The position numbers were made by a program, and so were the translations under genes. 64,000 nucleotides of DNA from assembly GCA_038104845.1 (NCBI GenBank), contig JAYOBJ010000005.1, positions 8,809 to 72,808 of the forward strand, in the 5' to 3' direction. This DNA is from Methanobacteriota archaeon (GTDB lineage Archaea > Thermoplasmatota > Poseidoniia > Poseidoniales > Poseidoniaceae). This document shows, piece after piece, positions 37,732-48,696 of the stretch (position 1 is its first letter; the number at the start of each line of letters is the position of its first letter). The notes below the pieces were generated by a model that was not told where the DNA came from, did no database searches, and was given only the letters and a program-made list of their open reading frames with translations.

Positions 37732-39615
<1,884 letters not shown>

Positions 39616-39679
39616 GCCAAGCGTCCGGCCCACCAACCGGGGGCGTCGGCCTTATGGGGAAGTTGGAGTTGGCGAACGC

Positions 39680-41272
39680 ATGAGCGATGTCCCCATCCTC
39701 AAGGAGACCACGCGGTCGACGGGACGGGAAGCGCTTCGCAACAACATCACGGCGGCGATGGCCCTCGCAGGCGCGGTTCGCAGCACGCTTGGCCCTCGGG
39801 GCATGGACAAGTTGCTCATCGATGACGAAGGGCGGACGATGGTCACCAACGACGGCGTGACCGTCCTTGAATCCGCCAAGGTGGAACACCCCGTCGCGAA
39901 GATGCTGATCAACGCCTCCACGACCCAAGACCGCATCGCCCGTGACGGCACCACCAGTGCCGTGCTGTTCAGTGCTGAACTGCTCCAGAACGCATGGGAA
40001 CTGGTGCTGCAGGGCGTCCACCCCTCTGCGATCGGACGTGGCTACCGCATGGCCGAGTCGGCGTGCCGCGAACGCTTGACCACCCTCCTCATCGAAGCGA
40101 CGCCTGAGCGCCAACGCCGAGCAACCGAAACCTCGCTTGCTGGAAAGATTCACCGTGCCATGCAAATCCACTTGGCTGAAGTTGCCCACGAAGCTGCCAA
40201 GGCCGTGGTTGAGGAACGAAACGGCGACATCGTCGCTGATCCGACCCGAGTGAAGGTGCTCACCAACGTGGGCGGTCAAATGACGGATTCGCACCTCGTC
40301 ACCGGACTGGCCTTACCAAAAAAGCGTGTCACTCGCTCCATGCCTCGCCGACTGAACGCGGGCAAGGTGGCGCTGATCGACGGCGGACTGGAGCGAAAGG
40401 GATTGATGAGCGAAGTCAAGCTGAACGTGACCAACCCAGGGGTGCTCGAAGCCTTCCGGGCGAAGGAACGCACCATGCTGCTCGAGCAAATCGACCATCT
40501 CAAAACGCTGGGTGTCACGCTGCTGGCGTGCAAGGAAGGCATCGATGACGACGTTCACGGAGCGTTGGCCGATGCTGGCATCCAGGCGTTCAGGCGGGTG
40601 GCACGTGCCGACCTCGACCTGCTCGCACGTGGTTGCGGAGCACGGCTCAACCTCGACGTGAACGCGCTGACGGCTGACGACATCGGTGCCTTCATCGAAA
40701 GCCGCAACGAACGGATCAACGGCAAGGACCGATGGACCGTTGACACGGAGGAGGGGGGCGCCACGTTCATCGCCACCGGTTCAACCACCGACACCGTCGG
40801 CGAAGTTGAGCGGTGTTTTGCGGATGCGTTGGGTGTGGCCTGCCAGTTGCTGGAAGAACCGGCGTTGCTCGCCGGAGGTGGTGCGACACAAATCGCCCTC
40901 GCACGCCACCTCCGCCGCCACGCGGAGGCCATCCCAGGCCGGGAACAACTGGCGGTTGAAGCGTACGCTGATGCGCTCGAAGTGATCCCACGGACCCTTG
41001 CCGAAAACGCCGGTTTGGATCCTTTGGACACCTTGCTGCGCGTGGTGTCTCAGCAAGCACAAGGCGGCGAACAGGCCCACCTCATCGGACTGAATGTTCT
41101 CGAGAAGCAACCCGCCAACATGCTTGATTTGGGCATCGTTGAGCCGCTGCGCATCACACAACAAGTGCTTGCAGGCGCCACCGAAGCGGCGTTGTCCGTG
41201 CTCCGCATCGACGACGTGCTCTGGGCCAAGCAGGACCCCACCGAACCCACCTTGGGCGACGAAGACGATTGA
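39680..41272 (+). CDS. ths: Thermosome subunit (group II chaperonin)
   Basis: NITAAMALAGAVRSTLGPRGMDKLLIDDEGRTMVTNDGVTVL, AGGGATQIALA and VEPLRITQQVL. The start is the ATG at 39680, within a longer track ORF. Confidence 0.9.
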   Translation: MSDVPILKETTRSTGREALRNNITAAMALAGAVRSTLGPRGMDKLLIDDEGRTMVTNDGVTVLESAKVEHPVAKMLINASTTQDRIARDGTTSAVLFSAELLQNAWELVLQGVHPSAIGRGYRMAESACRERLTTLLIEATPERQRRATETSLAGKIHRAMQIHLAEVAHEAAKAVVEERNGDIVADPTRVKVLTNVGGQMTDSHLVTGLALPKKRVTRSMPRRLNAGKVALIDGGLERKGLMSEVKLNVTNPGVLEAFRAKERTMLLEQIDHLKTLGVTLLACKEGIDDDVHGALADAGIQAFRRVARADLDLLARGCGARLNLDVNALTADDIGAFIESRNERINGKDRWTVDTEEGGATFIATGSTTDTVGEVERCFADALGVACQLLEEPALLAGGGATQIALARHLRRHAEAIPGREQLAVEAYADALEVIPRTLAENAGLDPLDTLLRVVSQQAQGGEQAHLIGLNVLEKQPANMLDLGIVEPLRITQQVLAGATEAALSVLRIDDVLWAKQDPTEPTLGDEDD

Positions 41273-41321
41273 GCCAAATGGAACATGTCGTCGGAACGTG
41301 ACGCCGTTTGACGGTGTCGTC

Positions 41322-42401
41322 CTAAGCCTCAAAGTCGAGCACCACTTTGCCGCAGTCACCCGACATGGCGAGTTCAACGGCCTCGTTGAATGCCTGAATG
41401 GGCATGCGGTGGGTCAGCACCGTATCGACATCGATGGCCCCACGCTCAAGCAGGTCGTGCATCACGTCCCACGTGGACCACATCTTGCGACCGTTGATGC
41501 CTTTGAGGTGAAGGTAGCGGAAGACCACCTCGTTCATGGGCACGTTGGGCATGCCGTTGCCGTACACGGAGAGGATGTTCACGTACCCGCCCATGCGCGT
41601 GGACCGGATGCAGTTGGCCAGTGCAGCGGGGGACCCTGAGAATTCGCAAGCGTTGTCCACCCCTCGACCATCGGTGGCCTCGAAGATGGAAGCCACCACA
41701 TCATCGTCCTTGCCCAGCACCACATCGGCGCCAAGGGAGCGAGCCAAATCCATCCGGTAGGTGTTGTCCCAATCCACAGCGATGACCTTCGTCGCCCCCA
41801 TGGCTTTGGCGGCGTTGACGGCAAACAACCCGATGGGCCCCAGACCGTGAACAGCGACGGTCGCACCCTCCACCGGACCGCCGGTGAGGGTGTGAATGGC
41901 GTTGCCAAGCGGGTCTTGGATGGAGGCGTGGGCTGGGTCCAATCCTGCGGGGACATGACGGGCGTTCACGGCTGGTATCACAAAGTAGGGGGCAAAGGCA
42001 CCGTGTCGATGAACACCGAAAATGGATCCGTTTTCGCACACGTGCGCGTTGCCTTCCTCGCATCGCGGGCAGGACCAGCACGCCAAATGGCACTCGATGG
42101 CCACCAGATCACCCAATGCATGGGACGTGACGCCATCACCCAGCGCGACCACTTCACCGCAGGTTTCGTGACCGGTGACGGTTCCCAACGGAACGTTCTC
42201 TCGGCTCCAATCGTCCCATTTCCAAATGTGAAGGTCGGTGCCGCACACCGAAGTGGCTTTGGTTTTGACCAACACTTCCCCGGGGCCGGGTGTAGGCACC
42301 GGATGGGTCGTCAACGAAAACCCACCTTCTTCATCCCGGACCTTGGTCCAGGCTTGCATGGTGGACGGTCGTTCGGTCATGGTTCGCCCCGGTTGTCCCA
42401 C
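41322..42401 (-). CDS. tdh: Zn-dependent L-threonine 3-dehydrogenase-like alcohol dehydrogenase
   Basis: VKTKATSVCGTDLHIWKWDDWS, GHETCGEVVALG, the structural-Zn cysteines CHLACWSCPRCEEG and the Rossmann motif VHGLGPIG. The exact start among several N-terminal Met codons is uncertain. Confidence 0.8.
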   Translation of the reverse strand: MGQPGRTMTERPSTMQAWTKVRDEEGGFSLTTHPVPTPGPGEVLVKTKATSVCGTDLHIWKWDDWSRENVPLGTVTGHETCGEVVALGDGVTSHALGDLVAIECHLACWSCPRCEEGNAHVCENGSIFGVHRHGAFAPYFVIPAVNARHVPAGLDPAHASIQDPLGNAIHTLTGGPVEGATVAVHGLGPIGLFAVNAAKAMGATKVIAVDWDNTYRMDLARSLGADVVLGKDDDVVASIFEATDGRGVDNACEFSGSPAALANCIRSTRMGGYVNILSVYGNGMPNVPMNEVVFRYLHLKGINGRKMWSTWDVMHDLLERGAIDVDTVLTHRMPIQAFNEAVELAMSGDCGKVVLDFEA

Positions 42402-42526
42402 CTGCTCGGACGCCTTTTCATCCTTCGCTCATGCTGACTTGAACGCATTCGCTCAACCGACATCGCCGTGGGTCAACGGAGAGTTGATTAGGTAGGCGCG
42501 ACGGCCTCAAAGCCCGTTGATGGCGC

Positions 42527-44167
42527 ATGAAGTACGTGGTCGTGAGTGGGGGCGTGCTGTCGGGATTGGGCAAAGGGGTCACCGCCAGCAGCATCGGTGT
42601 CCTCCTGAAAGCGGCAGGATTGCGCGTGACCTCGATCAAAATTGACCCGTACCTCAACAGCGATGCGGGCACCATGTCCCCCTTTGAGCACGGTGAAGTG
42701 TTCGTCCTCGACGACGGTGGTGAAGTGGACCTTGACCTCGGCAACTACGAACGCTTCCTCGACATCAACCTCTCCAAAGACAACAACCTGACCACCGGCA
42801 AGGTCTACGCCAAGGTCATCGAGGCGGAACGCCGAGGCGATTACTTGGGCAAGACGGTTCAGGTGATCCCTCACATCACCGATGCCATTCAGGACTGGTT
42901 GGAAGACGTGGCGCACCGACCTGCAGACGGAAGCGACGAAACCCCGGATGCCTGCATCATCGAACTCGGTGGCACCGTTGGGGACATCGAATCGTCACCG
43001 TACGTCGAAGCCTTGCGGCAATTCCAATTCCGGGTGGGCCGAGAAAATGTCACCTTCGTCCACGTCTCCTTGGTGCCGGTCATGGGTCCGGTGGGTGAAC
43101 AGAAAACCAAACCCACGCAGCACACGGTCAAGGAATTGAGAGGCCTCGGCATCACCCCAGACATCCTCGTGTGCCGCTCTTCGAAACCGCTGAACGAAGA
43201 AACCCGAGCGAAACTCGCTGCGTTCTGCCATGTCCAACCGCAGGCGGTGATGTCAACGCACGATGTCCCCAACATCTACCACGTCCCGTTGATGCTCCAT
43301 GAACAGGGCATGTGCGACATCTTGGGGGTGGATTGCACCGCCACCAACCTCCTCGACGAATGGCGCACAATGGCCCATCATGTGGACACCTTGACCGACG
43401 AAGTGCACATCGCCATGGTTGGGAAGTACACCGATTTGACCGACGCATATCTTTCGGTCATCAAAAGCCTGCAGCATGCGGCCATGGCCGTCGATCGGAA
43501 GTTGGTCATCGACTGGATCGAAGCGGGTCACCTTGAGAAGGCGTGGGCCGATGAGGACGCAGACGAACACCAGCAAGCGTGGACCCTGCTTCGGCAGGCC
43601 CACGGCATCTTGGTGCCCGGCGGGTTTGGCGACCGAGGGGTGGAAGGGAAAATTCTGGCCGCCCATCATGCACGAACACAAGCCGTCCCTTACCTTGGCA
43701 TTTGTTTGGGCTTGCAAGTCGCCACCATCGAGTTCTGTCGAAACGTCCTGGGGCTCGAAAGCGCCAATTCCACTGAATTTGCTGAAAACCCTGAACACGC
43801 TGCGGTGGTGTTCATGCCTGAAATTTCGAAAACACACCTCGGTGGAACGATGCGGCTTGGCAGCCGTCCAACCCTTTGGCAGGTCGACGACTGCGCGATT
43901 CGGCGGCTGTACGGCGAAGGGGAGGCCGTGGATGAACGCCATCGGCACCGCTACGAGGTCAATCCCGACCTCATCGAAGCCATCGAAGCCGCCGGATTGA
44001 TGTTCGTTGGCAAGGACGAATCCGGGCAACGCTGTGAGATTTTTGAGCTCAAGGACCACCCCTATTACGTCGGTGTTCAGTACCATCCTGAATTCAAATC
44101 TCGACCCAATCGACCGAGTCCACCCTTCCTCGGACTGCTTCGTGCTGCATCGGGGAACAGCGACTGA
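42527..44167 (+). CDS. pyrG: CTP synthase
   Basis: [29 protein letters not shown] and the glutaminase domain GICLGLQ with HRHRYEVN. Confidence 0.95.
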   Translation: MKYVVVSGGVLSGLGKGVTASSIGVLLKAAGLRVTSIKIDPYLNSDAGTMSPFEHGEVFVLDDGGEVDLDLGNYERFLDINLSKDNNLTTGKVYAKVIEAERRGDYLGKTVQVIPHITDAIQDWLEDVAHRPADGSDETPDACIIELGGTVGDIESSPYVEALRQFQFRVGRENVTFVHVSLVPVMGPVGEQKTKPTQHTVKELRGLGITPDILVCRSSKPLNEETRAKLAAFCHVQPQAVMSTHDVPNIYHVPLMLHEQGMCDILGVDCTATNLLDEWRTMAHHVDTLTDEVHIAMVGKYTDLTDAYLSVIKSLQHAAMAVDRKLVIDWIEAGHLEKAWADEDADEHQQAWTLLRQAHGILVPGGFGDRGVEGKILAAHHARTQAVPYLGICLGLQVATIEFCRNVLGLESANSTEFAENPEHAAVVFMPEISKTHLGGTMRLGSRPTLWQVDDCAIRRLYGEGEAVDERHRHRYEVNPDLIEAIEAAGLMFVGKDESGQRCEIFELKDHPYYVGVQYHPEFKSRPNRPSPPFLGLLRAASGNSD

Positions 44168-44195
44168 ACACGGCATGATGCCCAGCAGCGTGCCA

Positions 44196-44903
44196 TCATT
44201 GGTGAAGCCAAGCCGTGACGAGTTCGGGCAGAAGTTCACCCGCAGGCCCCAGGTGAATCTCATCAAACCGATCCGCATTCTGCGGCCGGTCAAGGTTGAC
44301 CAGGACCGTTGTTGCCCCCCCTGAGCGCGCCACATCGACAAGACCGGCCGCAGGGTAAACGTGACCCGACGAACCAACCACGACAAACACATCGCACGCT
44401 TCAACCGCATCGTAGATTTGGTTCATGCCAAGCGGCATCTCCCCAAACCAAACGATGTGAGGGCGCATGGGTGCTGGTTCAGCACAGCACCGGCACATGA
44501 GGTAACCGTCCATGAGGTCCTCTTCCTCCATGCGGCGTTCAATTTGTCCACTTGATTCGCAACGCATAAGTGGCAATTCACCATGCATGTGAAGCACGTT
44601 GCTGCTTCCTGCACGCTCGTGAAGGTCGTCGACGTTCTGTGTCACGAGCATGAAGTCGGCCAACCCCTGTTCCAATTGAGCCAGGGCTTCGTGCGCTGCA
44701 TTTGGCGCCACCTCCTTCAATTGGCGCCGGCGGGCCTGGTAAAACCGCCACACCAATTCGGGGTTGGCGGCCCACGCTTCGGGTGTTGCCACCTCCTCCA
44801 CGCGATGGTTTTCCCACAACCCGCCGTTGTCCCGAAACGTTCGAACCCCTGATTCAGCTGAAATTCCTGCACCCGTCAACACCACAACACGCTTTGCTCG
44901 CAT
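44196..44903 (-). CDS. cobB: NAD-dependent protein deacylase (Sir2/CobB class)
   Basis: VVVLTGAGISAESGVRTFR, TQNVDDLHERAG, HG..... and VVVGSSGHVYPAAG. The first Zn-ribbon CxxC pair appears incomplete (single C, then CRCC). Confidence 0.85.
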   Translation of the reverse strand: MRAKRVVVLTGAGISAESGVRTFRDNGGLWENHRVEEVATPEAWAANPELVWRFYQARRRQLKEVAPNAAHEALAQLEQGLADFMLVTQNVDDLHERAGSSNVLHMHGELPLMRCESSGQIERRMEEEDLMDGYLMCRCCAEPAPMRPHIVWFGEMPLGMNQIYDAVEACDVFVVVGSSGHVYPAAGLVDVARSGGATTVLVNLDRPQNADRFDEIHLGPAGELLPELVTAWLHQ

Positions 44904-44987
44904 GGTTCATGAAATGCGGCGAGGTTATTTCAGCGCTCGTTGCACTTGAAGCAACACGCCCAGCCCCTTTTGAAATGGAGCGGCGCA

Positions 44988-46169
44988 TCAAACGTCCAAC
45001 ACACGCAACAGGCGAGTGGTGCGGAAGCCTTGCAGCACCTTGACGAATCGCTTGGATTGAAACGCCTCGTCCAGCGATTCATCGCCGGTGTCGATGCGCA
45101 CACCTTCAAGGCCCAGCAGTTTGGACGGTGTGGCCACGCCAAGCACGTTGGTTTGACCGATGGCACGCAGCACATCGGGCGAGAGTTGGAGGTTGCCCCG
45201 GCCGATCAAGAACCCCTGACCGCCCATCGGCGAAAGAAGCAACACGGTGGGGCGCGCACCACCGTCCTCGTCGACGTGTTCCTCAACAACGCTCAGCAGA
45301 TCGCGCTCGTTGAGGTCAGCGTGGAGGGTGGAGCCGTGTTGGACGTCGATGCCCAGCAGTGTGAGGTCCTGCCCAAGGTGTTCGCCCATCCTTCGCAGCG
45401 TTCCGCCGCTGCCCCACACGACCATCAGGTCCGGCTCATCGTCCAACAGGGTTTGGATGTGGTCGGCCAATCCCTCGATGGTGTCCTCTTCGCTGGCTCG
45501 TTCCACCTGCTCCTTGGCACCTTGCATGAACCGTGGTGAGGACGGTGTCCACGCCTCGCCGTACATCCGAACGCGCCACTCACCCTGCAGGTAGACGTCT
45601 TCGTCGAGGTCCATCACTTCGGTGATGGCGCACCGAAGATCGCCCAGACCAAAGGACAGCACGACTTCTGCTGCGGCTTTGGGCGTGGTTGCAAAGCACC
45701 CAGAATGCATTTTCACGCCCCCCGGAACACCCACCAGCGGAATGCGTTGAGCTTCAGGTCCGAGCGCCTCAAGCGCATTGACAATGTCCCGAGTGGTGCC
45801 GTCGCCACCAGCGTAGAGGATGGCATCCACGCCGGCGTGAACCAAACCGTTCACCAGTTCGGTCGTGTCACGGTCCGATGTGGCCGTGGGTGTCGCATCA
45901 AGCCAGTGGGCCGTCATCGCCTCCATGGCACCGGTGCACCAGGTGCTGCCCATGCGACCGGACCACCCCCACAGTTCGATCGACAGACCCGCCCGGTTCA
46001 GCGAGCCTCGTAGAAGCGTCGCAAGGTGATCAAGGCATTGTGCCATGCGTGGACCGGCGCGATCCTCTGCACCAGCGGCTCGGGCTTCCTCGGCCCTGCC
46101 ATCGCTGCCCTTGAACCCCAACTTGCCCCCGAGGCCAGCATCGGGGTTCACCACCAGACCCAGGCGCAT
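44988..46169 (-). CDS. ATP-NAD kinase-like protein (COG3199-type)
   Basis: MRLGLVVNPDAGLGG, ILYAGGDGTTRDIVNAL and IPLVGVPGGVKMHSGCFA. The start was taken at 46169. Confidence 0.7.
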   Translation of the reverse strand: MRLGLVVNPDAGLGGKLGFKGSDGRAEEARAAGAEDRAGPRMAQCLDHLATLLRGSLNRAGLSIELWGWSGRMGSTWCTGAMEAMTAHWLDATPTATSDRDTTELVNGLVHAGVDAILYAGGDGTTRDIVNALEALGPEAQRIPLVGVPGGVKMHSGCFATTPKAAAEVVLSFGLGDLRCAITEVMDLDEDVYLQGEWRVRMYGEAWTPSSPRFMQGAKEQVERASEEDTIEGLADHIQTLLDDEPDLMVVWGSGGTLRRMGEHLGQDLTLLGIDVQHGSTLHADLNERDLLSVVEEHVDEDGGARPTVLLLSPMGGQGFLIGRGNLQLSPDVLRAIGQTNVLGVATPSKLLGLEGVRIDTGDESLDEAFQSKRFVKVLQGFRTTRLLRVLDV

Positions 46170-46273
46170 GGACCGACGATGCGGTGGCGATTCAAATAGC
46201 CGTGCATCGAAACTTGCCCCCCACAAGCGCAGCAAGGCAAAGGCTTCATTCGTCCGACCCCAACTGACCGCTC

Positions 46274-46585
46274 ATGAACCCCACGCGCCGCGGACAACCA
46301 AGCCTCGACGACGTGCTAGCACGCGACTTTGCTGAATTGGGAGCCGGCGAAACTGAAGCGACCAACCCTGCGGAGGCTGCCTCCGATGGCGAGACAAGCC
46401 CCAAGTCGACCCCGGTCCAACCCATTGCCTACAACCAACGCATCGACGCCGTGGAAGACCGGGAGGCCTTCGTGGTGAAACCCCCCACTCCGTCCGTGGA
46501 GAAGGATTCGCCCAACGCGCCATCGCCATCGGCCAGCTCGAAGCCCGTGGCCGCACCGGGGGACGACTTTGATGTGGATTGGTAG
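46274..46585 (+). CDS. Hypothetical small acidic, probably disordered protein
   Basis: A 103-aa ORF filling the gap upstream of thrS. It is rich in Pro/Ser/Ala/Asp/Glu and ends ...GDDFDVDW. Coding status is uncertain. Confidence 0.3.
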   Translation: MNPTRRGQPSLDDVLARDFAELGAGETEATNPAEAASDGETSPKSTPVQPIAYNQRIDAVEDREAFVVKPPTPSVEKDSPNAPSPSASSKPVAAPGDDFDVDW

Positions 46586-46665
46586 GAACCGATGGGTGGC
46601 CCGTCGCCTTCAGCGCGCCCTTGATAGCGAGGGTCAACCCCGAAGGGGTTGCCGGAGGCACCCCC

Positions 46666-48687
46666 ATGTCCATGATTGACGTCACCCTCCCCGATGGAAC
46701 CGTCAACGAATACGTTGCAGGCATCACCTGTGGCGAGGTCATCACCGATGCACTGGGACGAAAACACGGTTGCTTGGCGGCGAAGGTGAACGGCGTGGAG
46801 CACGACATGTCCCATGTGTTGGATTCGAACTGCTCGGTGGAAGGCATCCTCGCCTCGTCCGACGATGGCATGCACATCCTGCGTCACTCCGCCTCGCACC
46901 TGTTGGCGCAAGCCGTGACGGCCTTGTATCCTGGAGCACTGCCCACCATCGGCCCTGCCATTGACCGGGGTTTCTACTACGATTTCGCCATGGACCCCAT
47001 TGCGGAAAGCGACTTGAAAGCGATCGAGAAAAAAATGCACGAATTGGCTCGCAAAAACTTGACCGTGGAACGGGTGGAATTGGACGACACCGCCCTGCGT
47101 GAGCGGTTCGAACACAACCCGTACAAGCTGGAAATCATCAACGACAAACTGGAAGCGGGCGACGGATCCACCGTTTACACCCAAGGCGACTGGTACGACC
47201 TCTGCTTGGGACCGCACGTGCCCAACACCTCCCGGTTGATGTTCGTCCGGCTGACCTCCGTCTCCTCAGCGTATTGGCGTGGGGACCAGGACCGAGAACA
47301 GCTGGTCCGAATCTACGGCATCGTTGAACCCACGAAGGAGGACCTCAAAGCCACCCTCCACCGGATGGAGGAAGCGAAAAAGCGCGACCACCGTAAACTG
47401 GGCAAGGACCTCCAACTCTTCCATGTGGACGAAGATGTCGGCCAAGGACTCATCCTGTGGACCCCTCGCGGGGCGACCGTTCGCCAAGAATTGCAATCCT
47501 TCATCGCCCACCATCTCCAACGCCAGGGTTACCAACAGGTGTTCACGCCCCACATCGGGAAGCTCGATCTTTACCGCACTTCAGGCCATTTCCCCTACTA
47601 CCAGGATTCGCAATACCCACCGTTGGTGGAGCGAGAACTCATGAAGAAACTCGCTGACGAGGGTTGCACCTGCGGCGAACTGTCGAACATGATGAAAACC
47701 GGTGACATCGACGGGTACATGCTCAAGCCGATGAACTGCCCCCACCACGTGAAGATCTACGCAAGCCAACCACGGTCCTACCGCAACTTGCCGTTGCGGC
47801 TGGCGGAGTTTGGCACCGTTTACCGATGGGAGCAATCCGGTGAAATTTCAGGCATGACCCGTGTTCGTGGCTTCACCCAAGACGACGCCCACCTCTTCGT
47901 GACCGAAGACCAAATCGCTGAAGAAGTTCAAGGCTGCATTGAGTTGGTGCAAATCATCTTTGAGAAACTCGGCATGACGGATTATCGCGTTCGTGTTGGC
48001 CTTCGCGACCCCGATTCCTCCAAGTACGTCGGTGACCCGGAACGCTGGACCAAAGCCGAAGAGGCGTGCCGATCCGCTGCAGCATCGCTGGGCGTGGCTT
48101 GGACCGAGGAGGAAGGGGAAGCCGCCTTTTACGGTCCAAAAATTGACTTTGTTGTGCGCGATGTGATTGGGCGTGAATGGCAACTGGGCACCGTTCAAGT
48201 GGATTACAACCTCCCCGAGCGTTTTAATTTGACCTACAAAGGCAGCGATGGCGCCCTTCACCGCCCCGTGATGATTCATCGCGCGCCCTTCGGCTCCATG
48301 GAGCGCTTCTGCGGCGTGCTCATCGAACATTTTGCCGGGAAGTTTCCCACCTGGCTGACCCCGACCCAATGCCACATCATCACGATTTCAGAGAAGCACC
48401 GTGCCTACGCCGAGGAGGTCGCCAACCTCCTCAAGCAACACGGTGTGCGCGTGGAAGTCGATGACGGCGACGACACCATCGGAAAGAAAATTCGCACGCA
48501 CCGGAAATTGCAACCCGCCTACATGGTGATTTTGGGCGACGGTGAGATGGAACAACGAAGCGTCAGTCTGCGTGCTCGTAACGGCGATCAAATCGCCGAT
48601 GTGCCACTCGAGCGATTCCTTGAACAACTCACGGAAGAAATTAGCGAGAAGGTCAGCGAGCCGTCGCTCGTCCCCCCACAAACCTGA
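46666..48687 (+). CDS. thrS: Threonyl-tRNA synthetase, bacterial-type architecture (TGS + editing + class II core + anticodon-binding domains)
   Basis: N-terminal TGS domain (IDVTLPDGTVNEYVAGITCGEV), editing-domain HxxxH (LRHSASHLLAQA), DHRKLGKDLQLFH, class II motifs (FRNLPLRLAEFGTVYRWE; GFTQDDAH) and C-terminal GKKIR. Confidence 0.95.
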   Translation: MSMIDVTLPDGTVNEYVAGITCGEVITDALGRKHGCLAAKVNGVEHDMSHVLDSNCSVEGILASSDDGMHILRHSASHLLAQAVTALYPGALPTIGPAIDRGFYYDFAMDPIAESDLKAIEKKMHELARKNLTVERVELDDTALRERFEHNPYKLEIINDKLEAGDGSTVYTQGDWYDLCLGPHVPNTSRLMFVRLTSVSSAYWRGDQDREQLVRIYGIVEPTKEDLKATLHRMEEAKKRDHRKLGKDLQLFHVDEDVGQGLILWTPRGATVRQELQSFIAHHLQRQGYQQVFTPHIGKLDLYRTSGHFPYYQDSQYPPLVERELMKKLADEGCTCGELSNMMKTGDIDGYMLKPMNCPHHVKIYASQPRSYRNLPLRLAEFGTVYRWEQSGEISGMTRVRGFTQDDAHLFVTEDQIAEEVQGCIELVQIIFEKLGMTDYRVRVGLRDPDSSKYVGDPERWTKAEEACRSAAASLGVAWTEEEGEAAFYGPKIDFVVRDVIGREWQLGTVQVDYNLPERFNLTYKGSDGALHRPVMIHRAPFGSMERFCGVLIEHFAGKFPTWLTPTQCHIITISEKHRAYAEEVANLLKQHGVRVEVDDGDDTIGKKIRTHRKLQPAYMVILGDGEMEQRSVSLRARNGDQIADVPLERFLEQLTEEISEKVSEPSLVPPQT

Positions 48688-48696
48688 GGCAACAGC

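Noticed and set aside
44196-46169. Sir2-domain gene next to an NAD-kinase-like gene as a possible NAD-depleting defence system (Thoeris/DSR-like).
   Set aside because: The Sir2 protein is a short canonical CobB/sirtuin (GAGISAESG..TFR, QNVDDLH) with no fused effector or sensor domains. The neighbours are housekeeping genes. Alba, a known sirtuin substrate in Sulfolobus, is encoded in the same window, which fits a deacetylase role.
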